A stretch of DNA of 64,000 nucleotides, taken from positions 586,029 to 650,028 of the forward strand of contig CAVXTH010000006.1 of the NCBI GenBank assembly GCA_963764625.1, read 5' to 3'. Of the stretch, positions 1 through 9,029 are shown piece by piece. Source of the stretch: Candidatus Krumholzibacteriota bacterium (lineage in GTDB: Bacteria; Krumholzibacteriota; Krumholzibacteriia; JAJRXK01). Made by a program: the position numbers and the translations under genes. Position 1 is the first letter of the stretch. Each line of letters starts with the position of its first letter. The notes under the pieces are model-generated. The model saw only the letters and a program-made list of their open reading frames with translations, ran no database searches and was not told the DNA's origin.

Positions 1-2093
1 GAGTTGATCGAACTCAGTCTGCGATTGGTGACCATCGATCAAGACGTTCCGTTGAGTTTGCGCTGGAAGGACGCGGAACTCGGCGAGTATCCGGAAGAAT
101 TCTATGAGATCTGCCGTGAGCTCGAGTTCACGCGCCTTTTGCAACGGCTGACCCGAGCCGCGGCGGACGAGGGCCAGACCCGTGCTCAACGAAGGTGAGG
201 TCGACGCGCAAAAGGCGGAGGAGCCCGAGGAAGCGGTGGGGGGGAATCCCCTCGTCACTACGAGCTCGTAGCTTCGCTCGAACGTCTCGACGAGGTGCTG
301 CGAGAGTTCGATTCCCACCGGGGCCCGGTTGCGCTCGACACCGAAACCACTTCCCTGGATCCGCTACGGGCCGAACTGGTGGGCATCTCACTGAGCAAGC
401 GTGAGGGTTACGCCTACTACATTCCCGTCGATGCCGGCGCCGAGAAGAGCGGCGACCGGACTCTCTTCGACGAGCCCGTCGAGGCAGCCCGTCTGCCCTG
501 GCCCGAAGTACGCGAGCGTCTGGCCCCCAGGCTGGCCGATCCCAAGAGGGATTTCGTGGGGCAGAACCTGAAGTACGATCAGCTCGTGCTCGATCACCAC
601 CAGGCCCCGGTCGCCCGGGTGGACTTCGATACTATGATCGCCAGTTACCTTCTGGCCCCCGAGCGGCGGCGACACAACCTCGATGTCCTGGCCGAAGACG
701 AGTTGGGACTCACCACCATCACCTACGGTGAGTCTGTTCAAGGGAGCGGGTACGAAGGACATTCGGCAACTTCCTCTGGAGAGAGTGTGCGAGTACGCGG
801 CGGAGGACGCGGATGTCACTTTGCGCCTGAGCGAGGTATTCCGGCCGCGACTGGTGGCGGAGAGTCTCGATCACCTCATGAGCGAAGTCGAGTTGCCACT
901 GTCTCAGGTCCTGTTGCGGATGGAGCGACGGGGCATTCGTCTGGACGTTCAGCAGCTGTCTACGCTGGCCAAGGAACTGAAAACCTCCATGATCGAACTG
1001 GAGCTGCGGTGTCATGAGCTGGCCGGTGAACCCTTCAATCTCAACAGCCCGAAACAGCTCCAGACCATCCTCTTCGGTAAGCTCGGCTTGAAGTCGGGCA
1101 GGAAAACGGCGACCGGGTATTCCACCGACGTGGAAGTGCTCACCAGGCTCGCGGAGGAGCATCCCCTGCCCAAGGCGCTCCTGGAGTACCGTCACGTATC
1201 CAAGTTGCTCTCCACCTACGCCGAGTCTCTGCCCCGTCTGGTCAATCCCGATACCGGCTGCGTGCACACCTCGTTCAATCAAGCCGTCGCGGCCACGGGG
1301 CGTCTGAGCAGCACCGATCCCAATCTGCAGAACATTCCGGTGCGCAGCACGCTGGGGAAGAGGATCCGCGAGGCCTTTATCCCTCGGGAGAAGGGCTGGT
1401 GTCTTCTCGCCTCGGACTACTCGCAGATCGAGTTGCGTCTGATGGCGCACTTTGCCCACGACGAGGCGATGATCGCGGCCTTCGCCCGCGGGGAGGACAT
1501 CCACGCACGCACCGCGGCCGAGGTAGCCGGTGTGGGGCTGGAAGAGGTCGAGCCCTCGATGCGCGCGCGCGCCAAGGCGATCAACTTCGGGATCCTCTAT
1601 GGGATGGGTTCGCGAGCACTCGCCCAGCAAATTTCGGTCAGCAATCAGGAGGCGAAGCAATTCATCGAGGACTACTTCGCGCGCTTTCCCCGGGTGCGTT
1701 CGTTCATCGACGAGACGATCGCTAAGGCCAGGCAAGAGGGCGAAGTGCGCACCATCCTGGGCCGCCGTCGCCGTCTTCCCGAGCTGAGCTCGAGTCATCC
1801 CCGTCAGCGCTCGTTCGGCGAACGAGTTGCGGTCAATACCCCCATCCAGGGCTCGGCTGCCGATCTCATCAAGGTGGCGATGATTCGGCTCGACGAGCGG
1901 ATTCTCCGCGATGAGCTTACCCGCACGACTTCTTCTGCAAGTCCACGACGAATTGGTGCTCGAGGTGCAGGAGAAACGGAAAGAGGAAGTGGCGGACGTG
2001 GTGCGCGAGGAGATGGAAGGAGTTTTCGCATTGAGCGTCCCCTTGCTGGTCGACATTTCATTCGGTGCGAATTGGGCGGAGGCGAAGCCATGA
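1..2093 (+). pseudogene. polA: DNA polymerase I; the 5' end lies outside the window. The reading frame is interrupted at least three times: in-frame TGA at 196-198, shifts near ~755 and ~1905
   Basis: Segments in three frames match Pol I: the 5'-nuclease end (EFYEICRELEFTRLL), the 3'-5' exo (ALDTETTSLDP), the polymerase core (RLSSTDPNLQNIP, ASDYSQIELRLMAH, NFGILYGM) and the C-terminal QVHDELVLEV motif. No single frame connects them. Confidence 0.6.
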
Positions 2094-2764
2094 CCCGGGC
2101 GGAAGGAAACGCGGTGAGAGTGGTGGTGGTCACCGGCCAAACCGGCACCGGAAAGAGCACGGTCTGTTCGTGGTTGGCGCAACGTGGGGCCTTCGTGCTC
2201 GATGCCGACCGCATCGGGCACGAAGTGCTGCGGCGCGAGGAGATCATTCTCCGGCTGAGCGAGACCTTTTCGACCGCGGTGCTGCGCGACGATGGTCAGA
2301 TCGATCGCGCCCGCCTGGGAGGGCTCGTGTTCGCCGATCCGGAATCCCTGCGCGCTCTCAATGCCCTGGTGCATCCCCCGCTGGTGGAGGAGCTTCGCGC
2401 CCGCATCGCAACCCTGCGGCGCACCCGGGCCGCCGAGTTGATCGTGGTGGACGCAGCGCTGTACTTTCTCTTTCCCGACCGTCTCGAGTGCGACGCCGTC
2501 GTGTTGACCAGGACCTCGCCGCGAATCCAGCTGCAGCGCATCACGGAGCGGGACGGGCTCTCCGAAGAAAGCGCTCGCGAGCGCCTGGAGCGGCAGCGGG
2601 AGATCCTGGAGCACGAGGCCGAGGCGGACTATGTCCTGGACACCTCGGCCGCGCCTAGCCAAGTTCGACGAGAACTGCTACTTAACATGGACGCTCTCCT
2701 GGGAACCTCCCTGGTACTGAGCGACCCGTTGGCCCGCTACTGGCAGCCGGAGGTTCAGAGCTGA
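2090..2764 (+). CDS. coaE: dephospho-CoA kinase
   Basis: P-loop VVVTGQTGTGKST; about 224 aa; ATGA overlap with the polA stop; usual position downstream of polA. Confidence 0.8.
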   Translation: MTRAEGNAVRVVVVTGQTGTGKSTVCSWLAQRGAFVLDADRIGHEVLRREEIILRLSETFSTAVLRDDGQIDRARLGGLVFADPESLRALNALVHPPLVEELRARIATLRRTRAAELIVVDAALYFLFPDRLECDAVVLTRTSPRIQLQRITERDGLSEESARERLERQREILEHEAEADYVLDTSAAPSQVRRELLLNMDALLGTSLVLSDPLARYWQPEVQS

Positions 2765-3865
2765 TGAACGAACCAAGCACACCCTCCCTGGACGAGATCC
2801 GCGACAGAACCTTCAGACTCAAGGAGGGTCTTTGACCTTCCGCAGCTTCAAACCCGCCTGTCCGAGCTGGAAAAGGCCATGGCGGCCAATGACTTCTGGT
2901 CGGATCAAGAACAAGCCCGTGAAGTGATCGAGGAGTCCAACCGGATCAAGCGTTGGACCGAACCCCTGGCCGAGCTCGAGAAGACGCTCGAAGAGGCCGA
3001 GTTGTATCTGGAGATGGGGGAGGACGACCCCGAGGCGGCGGGTGAAGCCAGGTCGGCGCTCTCGAGGGCCGCCAAGAAGATCGATCAATTGGAGGGCCAG
3101 TACATGTTGGGTGGCCCCGACGATCCCAAGGGGGCCATGATCGAAATCCACCCCGGGGCGGGGGGCACCGAGAGCCAGGATTGGGCGGAGATGCTCCTGC
3201 GCATGTACAGCCGTTTTTGCGAAGCCGAAGGATGGAATTTCAAGCTCATGGAGGTCGCGCCCGGCGACGAGGCGGGGATCAAGACCGCGACGATGGAAGT
3301 CACCGAGTCCTTTGCCTACGGCTATCTGAAGGGAGAGAGCGGCGTTCATCGTCTGGTGCGAATCTCGCCTTTCGACGCGCAGAGCCGGCGTCACACTTCG
3401 TTTGCGTCGGTTTTCGTCTATCCGCTCGTGGAGGACCAGGACGTCGACATCGAAATCGAAGACAAAGACCTGCGAGTGGACACCTACCGCGCTAGCGGCG
3501 CGGGTGGACAGCACGTGAACAAGACGGACAGCGCGATACGTATGACCCACCTTCCGACGGGCATCGTCGTGCAATGCCAGAACGAACGCAGCCAGCACCG
3601 AAATCGAGAGTCCGCGATGCAGATGCTGAGGACGCGTCTCTATCACTTGCGAATGGAGCAGGAGAAGGCGAAGCAGCAAGAACTCGAGGATACCAAGATG
3701 AAGATCGACTTCGGGAGTCAGATTCGCTCCTACGTCCTGCAGCCCTACACCAAAGTGAAGGACCACCGCACCGAGGTCGAGGTCGGCGACGCCAGAAGCG
3801 TCCTGGACGGCGACCTCAAAGCCTTCATCGATTCTTATCTGCGCTGGGCCGGGCAGGCGGCTTGA
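2764..3865 (+). CDS. prfB: peptide chain release factor 2, with programmed +1 frameshift at CTT TGA C (2830-2836)
   Basis: Frame-0 leader MNEPSTPSLDEIRDRTFRLKEGL ends at an in-frame TGA preceded by the SD-like AAGGAGGG. The +1 frame continues into the RF2 body (SPFDAQSRRHTSFASV, GGQHVNKTDSAIR, GGQ motif). Confidence 0.9.
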
Positions 3866-3950
3866 CAGCCACAGCCGGCCCGACGATACTTCCGACCCCG
3901 GTGGATTCCCTTGGAATTTAGGCACTTGCGGCTACGACCTTAGGAAGACG

Positions 3951-5426
3951 ATGGAAGACCAACACCGGCTCGTACAGATGCGCCTAGAGAGACTGCAGGG
4001 TCTGAAGGACACCGGCGCTGAGCCCTATCCCTACGGCTTTGTCCGCACGCATCACCTCGCGGAGATCATCGACTCGGGCGAGGAACTCCTCGCCTCGTCG
4101 GTCCCGGTCTCTCTGGCGGGACGGATGATGTCCAAGCGCCGGCACGGGAAGGCGGGCTTCGCTCACATCGAGGACGAGCTGGCCCGGTTGCAGATCTACC
4201 TCCGCAAGGACGAGGTGGGCGAGGAAAACTACGAACTGTTCAAGCTCCTGGAGGTCGGCGATTTCGTTGGGGTGGAGGGGTCGCTCATGCGAACCAAGAC
4301 CGGAGAGCTGACGGTCCACGTCCAGAAGATCGTGCCCCTCACCAAAGCACTTCGTCCTCTGCCCGAAAAGTGGCACGGCTTGACCGACAAGGAGATTCGG
4401 TACCGGCAGCGATACCTCGATCTCATCATGAACCAAGAGGTCAGGGCCACCTTCCGGCGTCGATCTGAAGTGATTGCCACCATTCGCGAGGTGCTGCTGG
4501 AGGAGAACTTCCTCGAAGTCGAAACGCCAATTCTTCAGCCGCTCTACGGTGGAGCGACGGCGCGCCCCTTCACCACGAACTACCACTCGCTTTCGGACAT
4601 GAAAGTCTACCTTCGGATCGCCAACGAGCTGTATCTGAAGCGGCTGATCGTCGGCGGCTTCGATCGTGTTTTCGAATTCGCGAAGGATTTCCGAAACGAG
4701 GGGATGGATCGCACGCATAACCCCGAATTCACCATGATGGAATGCTACGCGGCGTACTGGGACTACGTGGACGTCATGAATCTGGTGGAGCGGATCTTCG
4801 CGCGCCTGGTCGAACGCTTCACGGAAGGCGGAATCCTGCGCTACGGAGAACACGAGATCGACTTCAGCCACGGTTTCCGCCGGGCGCGTTTCCTCGAGCT
4901 CCTGCACGAGAAGACCGGTATCGATTTCGCCTCCTTGAGCCCGGAGGAGATTCGCGTCCAGGCGAAGACTCTGGGGGTAGAGGTCGACGAGAGCATGGGG
5001 AAGGGAAAGCTGCTCGATGAGGTGTTCAGCGCGAAGGTGGAACCCGATCTCGTGCAGCCGACTTTCGTCTGCGATCATCCGAAAGAGCTGAGTCCCCTGG
5101 CCAAAGCCCATCGTAGCGATTCCGAGCTGGTGGAACGGTTCGAGCCCTTCGTAGCTGGTTTCGAAGTGGGAAACGCGTTCAGCGAGCTGAACGATCCTCA
5201 GGATCAACGGGCCCGGTTCGAAGATCAGCTTCGACTCCGCGAAGAGGGAGACGAAGAGGCGCAGCAACTCGACCAGGATTTCCTGCGCGCGCTCGAGTAC
5301 GGCATGCCGCCCACCGGCGGGCTTGGCCTGGGAATCGACCGCATCGTCATGCTCTTCACCGACAGCCACAGCATCCGCGACGTGCTGTTCTTTCCGCAGA
5401 TGAGATCCGAGGCCGAGTCGAGCTAG
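3951..5426 (+). CDS. lysS: lysyl-tRNA synthetase (class II)
   Basis: 491 aa; OB-fold N-terminus and class II motifs (FRNEGMDRTHNPEFTMMECY, GGLGLGIDRIVML); prfB-lysS synteny. Confidence 0.9.
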   Translation: MEDQHRLVQMRLERLQGLKDTGAEPYPYGFVRTHHLAEIIDSGEELLASSVPVSLAGRMMSKRRHGKAGFAHIEDELARLQIYLRKDEVGEENYELFKLLEVGDFVGVEGSLMRTKTGELTVHVQKIVPLTKALRPLPEKWHGLTDKEIRYRQRYLDLIMNQEVRATFRRRSEVIATIREVLLEENFLEVETPILQPLYGGATARPFTTNYHSLSDMKVYLRIANELYLKRLIVGGFDRVFEFAKDFRNEGMDRTHNPEFTMMECYAAYWDYVDVMNLVERIFARLVERFTEGGILRYGEHEIDFSHGFRRARFLELLHEKTGIDFASLSPEEIRVQAKTLGVEVDESMGKGKLLDEVFSAKVEPDLVQPTFVCDHPKELSPLAKAHRSDSELVERFEPFVAGFEVGNAFSELNDPQDQRARFEDQLRLREEGDEEAQQLDQDFLRALEYGMPPTGGLGLGIDRIVMLFTDSHSIRDVLFFPQMRSEAESS

Positions 5427-5453
5427 ACCGGTCACGAGTCTAGATGCGAAGGG

Positions 5454-6737
5454 GTGCAGATGGGTTTCGCGGGCTTCATCGCCCAACGCTATCTTCGGAC
5501 CCAGCGATCTCGGTTCGTGAGCGTCATCACGATCATCGCCATCGTGGGGATCACTCTGGGTGTCATGGTCCTCGACACCACACTGGCCGTCATGAATGGC
5601 TTTCAGGACCAGATCCGCTTCACTTTCGTGGAAAACATGCCCATGGTTACGGTGATGACCCAGGCCCCTTCGGGCTTCGGCGAGGTCGAGAAGATCGTGG
5701 ACGAAGTGAAACAATTTCCTCCCGTGGTGGGAGCCGCGCCTTACATCCGCAAGGAAGCTCTCCTCACCTTCGAGAGATTCGGGGGACGGACCAAGGATAG
5801 ACCCTGCGTGATCTGGGGCATCGATCCCAGCCGGCAGAAGAGCGTGACGAAGACTCTCGATTCGGTGACGCCGGCCTTCACCGATTTTTCCACTGAAGGA
5901 TTCGTGGGCGTCGATCCGGGCACGCCGGGAATCGTGCTCGGAGACATGCTGGCCAAGAGTATGCGGGTCGGCGTCGGCGACGTGCTCACGCTCACCACGG
6001 TGCGCAAGACGGGTGGGTCCCGACAGTACGAGGGCCACTCGATCGCGGTCGCGGTGGTGGGGATCTTCACCAGCGGGATGTACCAGTTCGACGATGTGTT
6101 CGCCTACATGAACATCGAGGATGTTCGCCGCATCTTCGTGGTCATCGGAGGCGCCGATGGCGTGGGCATCAAGGTGGACAAGATGATGCGCGCTCCCGCC
6201 TACGCCGATTCGCTTGCCCACCGCCTCGGACTGCCCTACTTCACGAACGACTGGATCTCGCTCAACCGTGCTCTTTTCCGCTGGATCCGGATCGAGAAGG
6301 TCCTGATGTTCGTGCTGCTCTCTATGATCACTCTGGTCGCGAGCTTCATGGTGGTGGCGATCCTGCTCATGATGGTGAGGGACCGGCAGCACGACATCGG
6401 CGTCTTTCTCTCGCTGGGAGTGCGCAAGGATCAGCTCGTGGGCGTCTTCGTTCAGCTTGGAATGATCATCGGGGGTGGAGGGGTTTTTCTGGGAACGCTC
6501 CTGGGATATCTCCTTTGCCGTTTCCTCGACAGCCAGGGACTGTGGGCCCTGGTGGAACGCCTGGGTCTTCCCTCTCCGGCGGACGTGTACTTCGTGGACA
6601 AGCTCCCGGTCCACATGCAGATGGGAGACTTCGTGCTGGTGGGGGGCGTGACTCTTTTGATGTGTCTGCTCGCCACTCTGCTTCCCTCGTGGTTCGCGAC
6701 GCGGTTTACTCCGGTGGAGGTCCTTCGCTATGAGTGA
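5454..6737 (+). CDS. lolC: lipoprotein-releasing system permease (FtsX/MacB-type)
   Basis: N-terminus FIAQRYLRTQRSRF...LGVMVLDTTLAVMNGFQ typical of LolC/LolE; 4 TM; followed by the lolD ATPase. Confidence 0.75.
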   Translation: MQMGFAGFIAQRYLRTQRSRFVSVITIIAIVGITLGVMVLDTTLAVMNGFQDQIRFTFVENMPMVTVMTQAPSGFGEVEKIVDEVKQFPPVVGAAPYIRKEALLTFERFGGRTKDRPCVIWGIDPSRQKSVTKTLDSVTPAFTDFSTEGFVGVDPGTPGIVLGDMLAKSMRVGVGDVLTLTTVRKTGGSRQYEGHSIAVAVVGIFTSGMYQFDDVFAYMNIEDVRRIFVVIGGADGVGIKVDKMMRAPAYADSLAHRLGLPYFTNDWISLNRALFRWIRIEKVLMFVLLSMITLVASFMVVAILLMMVRDRQHDIGVFLSLGVRKDQLVGVFVQLGMIIGGGGVFLGTLLGYLLCRFLDSQGLWALVERLGLPSPADVYFVDKLPVHMQMGDFVLVGGVTLLMCLLATLLPSWFATRFTPVEVLRYE

Positions 6738-7425
6738 GCCATGGTTGGAGGCGACCGAGCTGCACATGTCCTACCACACCGGCCGGCGGGACGTGACCGT
6801 GTTGCGCGGCATCGATCTGGCCGTCGCTCCCCGCGAAGTGGTGGCGGTGACCGGGGGAAGCGGATCGGGAAAGACCACCCTGCTGAATCTGCTGGGCTCC
6901 CTGGATCGCCCCGGCCAGGGTTCGATCCGTTGGGGAGGCGAGGAGATTTTGCGCCTGAATTCGAAGGATCTCAGTCGGCTGAGGAATCAGGCCGTGGGCT
7001 TCGTATTTCAGTTTCATCACCTTCTGCCCGATTTCACCGCTTTGGAGAACATCATGATGCCATCCCGCATCGCGGGCGCGTCGCCGGCCAAGGCTGAGAT
7101 GCGAGCTCGCGATCTGCTGGAGCGAGTGGGTCTGCTGGACTGGGCGGAGCACCGACCGGGAGAACTCTCCGGAGGTGAGCAGCAGAGAGTGGCGGTGGCG
7201 CGGGCGCTGATGAACCATCCGCGCCTGTTGCTGGCCGACGAACCAGCCGGTAATTTGGATTCAGGTCGCGCAGCAGAACTCACCCAGCTATTGCTCCAAG
7301 CGCGGGATGAAGAGGATCTGGCGGTGGTCGTGGTCACGCACGATGAAACGGCGGCTTCTCGCGCGGACCGGTGGTACACCCTTCACGACGGCCGGCTCGA
7401 GGAGCGGTCGTCGCGGGGGAGCTAA
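6730..7425 (+). CDS. lolD: lipoprotein-releasing system ATP-binding protein
   Basis: Walker A GGSGSGKTT, ABC signature LSGGEQQRVAVARAL, Walker B LLLADEP. Confidence 0.8.
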   Translation: MSEPWLEATELHMSYHTGRRDVTVLRGIDLAVAPREVVAVTGGSGSGKTTLLNLLGSLDRPGQGSIRWGGEEILRLNSKDLSRLRNQAVGFVFQFHHLLPDFTALENIMMPSRIAGASPAKAEMRARDLLERVGLLDWAEHRPGELSGGEQQRVAVARALMNHPRLLLADEPAGNLDSGRAAELTQLLLQARDEEDLAVVVVTHDETAASRADRWYTLHDGRLEERSSRGS

Positions 7426-7434
7426 GGTGTTCCG

Positions 7435-7965
7435 ATGATTTGCCAGCGATGCGGAAAGAGGCCCGCGGAAGTCCAATACACCGAGATGATCGGTGGCCAC
7501 AAGACGATGCAGTGGCTGTGCTCTCAATGCGCGCGCGAGGCCGGTCTGCTGGTTACCCTCAATCTCTCTTCCTTGACTCACGGTTCCACCGCGAAGCTCT
7601 TCTCGGGCGGGCAGGGCGCACCGGCCACGCTCCGCTGTCCCGAATGCGGAACCGACGCCGAGAGCCTGCGGCGCAGCGGACTGCTGGGATGTCCTCACTG
7701 CTACGAGGTTTTCCGCACGCAGCTCGAACCCCTCCTGCGAAGTGTTCACCACGCAACCGACCATCATCCGAGCGACGGCGGCGACGATTCGCTCAGCCGG
7801 CTGGAGCGAGTGCTGGAGTCTCTGCGGCGCGAGCTCAGCGAGTCGGTGCGCCGCGAGGAATTTGAACGGGCCGCCTCCATCCGCGACGAAATCCGCCGCT
7901 ATGAGAAGGAGAAGGCGGAACTCGCGAGTTCCCGGGAGGAAGAGGAGGGAGGAGGGGACGAATGA
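7435..7965 (+). CDS. mcsA: McsA-like activator of protein arginine kinase (two CxxC zinc fingers plus a UVR motif)
   Basis: CQRCGKRPA...CSQC and CPECG...CPHCY zinc-finger pairs, then a UVR-like EEFERAASIRDEIRRYE; immediately upstream of mcsB. Confidence 0.7.
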   Translation: MICQRCGKRPAEVQYTEMIGGHKTMQWLCSQCAREAGLLVTLNLSSLTHGSTAKLFSGGQGAPATLRCPECGTDAESLRRSGLLGCPHCYEVFRTQLEPLLRSVHHATDHHPSDGGDDSLSRLERVLESLRRELSESVRREEFERAASIRDEIRRYEKEKAELASSREEEEGGGDE

Positions 7966-9029
7966 GATTTGAAGAGATGGCCCACGCCCCGGCTCCCTGG
8001 CAGGTACAGGACGCTCCCGAGCGAGACATCGTGTTGAGCTGCCGCATACGCCTGGCGCGCAACCTGGAGGGGGAGTTTTTCCCCCATCTGTTGGGGGAAG
8101 ACGCGCTACGCAGTCTGAGGACCCGCATCCTCGAGGCGGCCTCGAACTGTCCCTGCGCGCAGGAGCCGGCGTCCTGGGCCATGGAGGAACTCGAGGAACT
8201 CGAGCGGCGTTTCCTCCTCGAACGGCACCTCGTCTCCCAGGAGCTGGTGGCCACGCCACTGGGGCGGGCGGTGGTGGTGAGCGGGGACGAGTCGCGGGGC
8301 CTCATGGTGAACGAGGAGGACCATCTGCGGATCCAGGCCTTCGGCCCCGGACTGAATCCAAAGGAAACCTATGATATTGCAGTACGTTTCGCGTCTGAGC
8401 TCGAGGAACACTTGACCTTTGCCCACAGCCCGCGCTTGGGCTACTTGAGTGCCTGCCCCACGAATTTGGGCACCGGGCTGCGCGCGTCGGTCCTGCTGCA
8501 CCTGCCCGGGCTCTCCCTCACGCAGGACCTGGAGAAGGTGTTGCATAGCCTGAAGGTGCTGAACTATACCGTACGGGGATTCTACGGCGAGGGAAGCGGG
8601 GCTCTGGGAGCGCTCTTCCAGGTGTCCAATTCGGCCACTCTGGGGCTCTCAGGGGCTCAGATCGTGGACGATCTGCTCCACCACCTCCGCAAGGTGATCT
8701 CCGTGGAGCGGGAGGCACGAGCCGTGCTTCTGCGGCGCGAGGGGAAGCGGATCGAGGACCGGGTCTGGCGCGCCTGGGGAATTCTCAACCACGCACGGCT
8801 CCTCAGCACGCGCGAGGCCTTCGATTTGCTTGGTGATGTACGGTTGGGGATGAACTTCCGTTTGCTCCCCGGGGTGGACGAAACGACCCTACGGTGTCTT
8901 CTTGTGACTATTCAGGGGGCGCACCAGGAGATCATGGCGCAGCGTAACTTGAAGGCTCCCCAGCGCGATGAGCGGCGAGCGAAATACGTTCGGCGCACGC
9001 TGGCAAAGGCTAGGAGAGACTCAGAATGA
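7962..9029 (+). CDS. mcsB: protein arginine kinase McsB (phosphagen-kinase family)
   Basis: Phosphagen kinase active-site signature [13 protein letters not shown]; 355 aa; lies between mcsA and clpC. Confidence 0.8.
   Translation: MRFEEMAHAPAPWQVQDAPERDIVLSCRIRLARNLEGEFFPHLLGEDALRSLRTRILEAASNCPCAQEPASWAMEELEELERRFLLERHLVSQELVATPLGRAVVVSGDESRGLMVNEEDHLRIQAFGPGLNPKETYDIAVRFASELEEHLTFAHSPRLGYLSACPTNLGTGLRASVLLHLPGLSLTQDLEKVLHSLKVLNYTVRGFYGEGSGALGALFQVSNSATLGLSGAQIVDDLLHHLRKVISVEREARAVLLRREGKRIEDRVWRAWGILNHARLLSTREAFDLLGDVRLGMNFRLLPGVDETTLRCLLVTIQGAHQEIMAQRNLKAPQRDERRAKYVRRTLAKARRDSE

Noticed and set aside
719-2662. 647-aa minus-strand ORF opposite polA/coaE, and similar long antisense ORFs (12584-13987, 15747-17441, 17907-19175, 39822-41435, 45892-46995, 52633-54252, 54405-55601, 56146-56913)
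   Set aside because: Each is fully antisense to a gene with clear family signatures, has Arg/Gly/Pro-rich low-complexity composition, and lacks plausible RBS context
3984-6767. 927-aa minus-strand ORF spanning lysS and lolC
   Set aside because: Antisense to two well-supported genes; low-complexity His/Asp/Arg-rich translation typical of spurious ORFs in the opposite frame of high-GC coding DNA
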